Shown: positions 60,241-64,000 of the stretch, one piece after another
Numbering within the stretch: the stretch's first letter is position 1
Layout of the letters: every line of letters begins with the position of its first letter
Source: Macrostomum lignano
Lineage: Eukaryota
Direction of reading: 5' to 3'
Length of the DNA stretch: 64,000 bases
NCBI GenBank assembly: GCA_002269645.1
Contig: NIVC01002017.1
Location: 124,001 to 188,000, forward strand
Notes under the pieces: generated by a model
What the model saw: only the letters and a program-made list of their open reading frames with translations
The model's database searches: none
Told to the model about the DNA's origin: nothing
Position numbers and translations under genes: made by a program

Positions 60241-61967
60241 TTACTGGTGACCCTGGTGCCACACCCGAAAGCACGGCTCTATGCAGATTCCCGGTTGTCC
60301 GACGCAATTGCCGCAGATAAAAACTGTTCGCTTCTGTAGTCCAGCGTTGCTGCAGACACGGCATCGCTTTGTCGGATGTCTCTGTGTGGCAGTTGGCGGT
60401 AGTCGCATTGTCGAGTGCTGCACAGCTGCTGCATTTTGGTCTGGGTTCTGCAGTGGCATTTGCTGCGGTTGCCTTGCAGCTCACAAACGACCAACGCCGG
60501 TGTCGCAGATCGGAACACGCAGGCAGGCTTCCAAGTGTTGCAGAAACGATCGGGATCCGCCAATGTGTCTGTAGGCAATCCACGAATTTCGAACGAGTTG
60601 CATTAGAAGATACGACGCCAGCTTGACGAACCATTTGTGCGTTTTCTGCACGGATTGTACGGTTCACTACCAGCATCCATCCGGTCGACTCCACCCATGT
60701 TTCGGTTGTAATCGACAGCCTCTGTGGCTTCATTATCTGCTGCTCCAGGCCACCTCGCAAAATTCTGGTTACCTGCACGCAGTTGGCAGAGCCAGCACTG
60801 TCCAGCATAAACACAGTCTTTAGTCCGGAAGTTCGCCTCTCCACAATCTTTACGGCCAACAAATCACCACGTCTAGAAAAAGCGCTTGACGGTGGATTCA
60901 AAGCCTTCTGCCGCAGAGCTGCAGGCACGCCACGCTGCTGCCGTACCGTGCCAGTCAGCAGGGTTCCTCGTTGCAGCAGCCATTCAGCAAGTCGTGCGGA
61001 AGAAAACCAAGTGTCGCAAAAAATTCTGTAGCCGAGGTCCAGGATGTCACGTGACAGTTCAACAACGATACGTTCGGAGAGCGACAACTGCGGTGCATCT
61101 TGCCCGAATAAGTTGTTGTGGGCCACCGTTGAATGAACAAGAAAGTTCCATAAGTAGCCGCTGCTTGATTCCGCCAGACAGTATAACTTGATGCCAAGTT
61201 TTGCGTTCTTGTTCGGCATGTACTGGCGAAAATGAAGCCTGCCTTTGAAAAGTATCAATGACTCGTCGATCGAAATGTTCTGCTGTGGCATATATTTGTT
61301 CTGGCACCAACTTCACAAATGGTCGAATCTTGCACAAAGGGTCAGCCTCGTCAACCTCGGTACAGTTGTAGCAACGAAACCAAGTCAATAAAAGTTGGAA
61401 TCTGTTTCGCGAAAGGCAGGGCTGCGCATGATAACAATCCTGGCGATAAACAGGATCCATTGACCAGTATTGGCTGATATCAGGCTTTTGCACCAGACCC
61501 ATGTGTAGCAGGATGCCAATAAACTTTTTCATCTTGTTCATATTGCATGGTTTCCAGCTACGCAGTTTCCATGGCAACTCTCCGCCACCCTGCTGAACCT
61601 GCTGAATCTCCATAGCTGCTCTGCTATTTGTCCAGTCGCACAAGGACTGTACGAAGCTGTCAGGAAGGAACTGTCCAATGATAGCCGAGATTCCATTCTC
61701 GATGTCCCTTGGCACTATGAAGTTTGGATGTAAGCCAGATGTTCCGAAAAATTCGGGAACTGGGTTTGGCCGAATATCAGTTTCCGTGCTTGTATCATGC
61801 CAGTTTTCGTCAGCTTCTGCTTGCTGAGCTTCGGCAGGACCTTCTTCAGGACCGCTGGCCTCGCTATCGTTTGATTCATCATCATTTTCAAGTGCGGTCG
61901 CAAATGAGTCATCATCTGAATCACTGTCCAAGATGAAGTTCTGTAGATCTGAGCCGGCGGCTAGCAT
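60241..61967 (-). mobile_element. piggyBac-like (PGBD4/DDE_Tnp_1_7-type) transposase, several frameshifts
   Basis: Acidic N-terminus; FIGILLHMGLVQKPDISQYWS; LSRNRF; catalytic SIDES (~61266), CDTWFSS (~61014) and MGGVDRMD (~60685); C-terminal Cys-rich domain KRCRVC...CGNC...CIEPCFRVWH. TTAA/TIR ends not identified. Confidence 0.88.
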
Positions 61968-63103
61968 TGTCTCATGCGCAGTTGGCCAAGGCGATTTGTA
62001 TATATGATCTGCTGTCTCTGTTACTGGTCTAATTGATTCATAGACTGTATGCTCTAAACTAAATTCGATGCTATGTACAAATAGGCAAGGCAGTCGCAAA
62101 CCTGATATCTATGGTAATTACTGCTCTCTTTTCAATTGCATATATTGCATAGTGTAACAGAGAAAGGAAAATCAATATTAAAGAGTGTCTGGGTTATTGG
62201 CCATAGACTATCTGAGTTTGACTCAACAAAAATATTTTTCTTCAGCAACCTACCATCTACTCTGGTACAGATTCAACTCATACTACTTACTTTTTTGGCT
62301 CTAAAAACTGTGGGAGGGTAAGGGAGTGAGACGTGCCTCAAGCTTTTTTAGCTTCTGCTTGAACACTCTATGGCAGCAGAGCTGCTGTGGGAGGTAATGG
62401 GTGTGAGCAAAAATAGGCGCGGGAGGCTAGTGGTAGCGAAATGCTTGTCAATGGGGTTTAAACTGTGAGGGGGGAGGCTCTTTGCTCACCAAACGCTGCC
62501 CTCCTTGCCTGGCCATCCTCATGGTCTAAAGGAGACAAAGAGGCGGTAGGACAGCCCGGGTGCGCAAAAACCACTCAGAAGGTTGGGGTAGGGGTGGCTC
62601 AAGCACCCATGCACGCACGCACCATGTCGGTTGCTCATCTGGCCTCACAATAAGGCCAGGTTCAAACCTGCGCCTCTCGTGCCAATTGTTTCCGACTTCG
62701 TTTAATCGCTTTGTCAAAGGCTGAATTTGTCTTGATACGATATGAGAGCTGTAGCAGCAGCGGTAGCAGAACTTAGCAAAAAGAAATGTTTGGTCTTAAC
62801 GAGACGAAAAGCCTTCGGGCGTCTTAGGACTCATTCAAGTACTGTCAGTCCGTAGCCTCATCATGAGCAATGAATGCTACGTTAAAGACTATTCTGAAGC
62901 ACTCAAATCTCACATAAGCTAGAGGGCTATAAAAGGCTGTCCCCCACACGACCAGTTGAGAGATTTGAATACTGGAACAGTAGCACTAAATATTTCGATA
63001 CAGTTTGCATGGCTAATAGCAGTAAGTTTTTCTCGATACATTTCTTCAATGCTCTTTTTGCGTTTCAAGCTTTCTAAGTTTGATTGCACCACGATAACTC
63101 CAG

Positions 63104-64000
63104 GTATACTCACTCTTCTATGCCTCGCCTGCTTGGCTGTTTCGGCTTCCGCTTCTGGCACAGAGCGCAGGTACGTTTGGAAGTTTTCGGACATGACAAA
63201 GTACTGCGAGCCCTGGCTGTCAATGCGAGTCAAAATATGGGACAGCACAATGCTGCATAATGTCACTGTCACACTGTCAACCAGGTAACTCTGCGATGCT
63301 TTTTCTCATGCAGGAACTTTTAGTACATGTTTAGATGGGGACGAAAAGTACATCGTACCATCGTGTTGTCGTTTCACTATGATCTTGAAGAGATAACAGC
63401 GTCACAGGGCCAAAAGCCCTTCAATTCTGGGTAACGCAGCTGTAGGCAGTTCGACTCGGAGCGGATGACGTGGCCTGCTAGCTGGAGTTTCAGAGACTGG
63501 AATTTGATGTTAGCTAAAGTACAAATTGTGTATGATACGCCAATCCCCTGTGGCTCTGTTTCAGTGCGATGATCAACAGGCGCGTGCTGATTCGAACCAC
63601 CAGGGAAGAAAATTTCACAGCAGGCCATAAAGCGCCCTGTCTGTACCACGGAACAGACGCCAGAACTGGAGACTCTGCGTTTGCCAGCACGATTGACGGA
63701 CATCTGAAGTAAGCTCTGTTAAAGACATTGTGCTGAGTTTATTACATTTCAACTAGTCTGTCAATACTTGAACTCCCGCGACAGGATGACATTCAAGCTG
63801 AACGGCAGCTGGTACCAAGTCGAGAAGACATCCGGAAACGCCTCTGACGGCCCCGCAATCGCCAGGAAGTTCGAAGCCCGCGAAAGCGAGGCCGCCAACC
63901 GGTGCCGCTACAAAGTTCCGCCGAGGAATTCAAGCGAGATGAACGCGCGAGGCGCCAGCTCCAGTCAGCTGCTCAGCGGCTTCAGCTCGGAAAAAAGCGG
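63104..64000 (+). CDS. Second ADAM paralog: signal peptide and prodomain exons, truncated by the window end
   Basis: Exons 63104-63284, 63565-63708 and 63785 to the end align with ADAM1 pro-exons and share intron phases. Examples: YVWKFSDMTKYCEPWL vs YKWKLDDMVSDCRPWV; HKAPCLYHG vs HRAPCLYQG; TFKLNGSWY vs TFRYNGTWY. Hydrophobic ILTLLCLACLAVSASA. Confidence 0.85.

Noticed and set aside
59870-62890. TTAA-flanked piggyBac TIRs
   Set aside because: Several TTAA sites were examined on each side; none gave a convincing inverted-repeat pair.

Overview
This is eukaryotic, animal-type genomic DNA: spliceosomal introns, metazoan gene families, and tandem repeats in many introns. The style suggests a repeat-rich invertebrate such as a free-living flatworm, but the sequence alone cannot confirm the species. 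No rRNA, tRNA or CRISPR features were found. Host genes reconstructed by hand: a secreted DUF4735/C16orf89-like gene (5 exons, +), two tandem sigma-class glutathione S-transferases (+), a PP2C/PPM phosphatase (4 exons, -), a ~2740-aa all-ankyrin-repeat protein (3 exons, -), a near-complete ADAM metalloprotease-disintegrin (+), and the 5' exons of a second ADAM paralog. Mobile DNA: a Mutator-like transposase followed by a USP/C19 deubiquitinase-like domain, a full-length LOA/R1-group LINE (ORF1, APE-RT-RNase H-CCHC), a hAT-type MITE with an 8-bp TSD, a frameshifted piggyBac-like transposase, and foldback-like repeat pairs. Top leads: (1) the Mutator transposase plus USP-like protease; (2) a 4-kb structure made of two ~2-kb inverted copies that are circular permutations of each other, fused at a palindromic AAAGTACTTT; (3) the giant ankyrin protein with a 12-fold higher-order module; (4) tandem repeats repeatedly seeded by splice-site sequences. 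Many reading frames are broken by single-base indels, which may be long-read assembly errors. Coordinates were counted by hand and may be off by a few bases.
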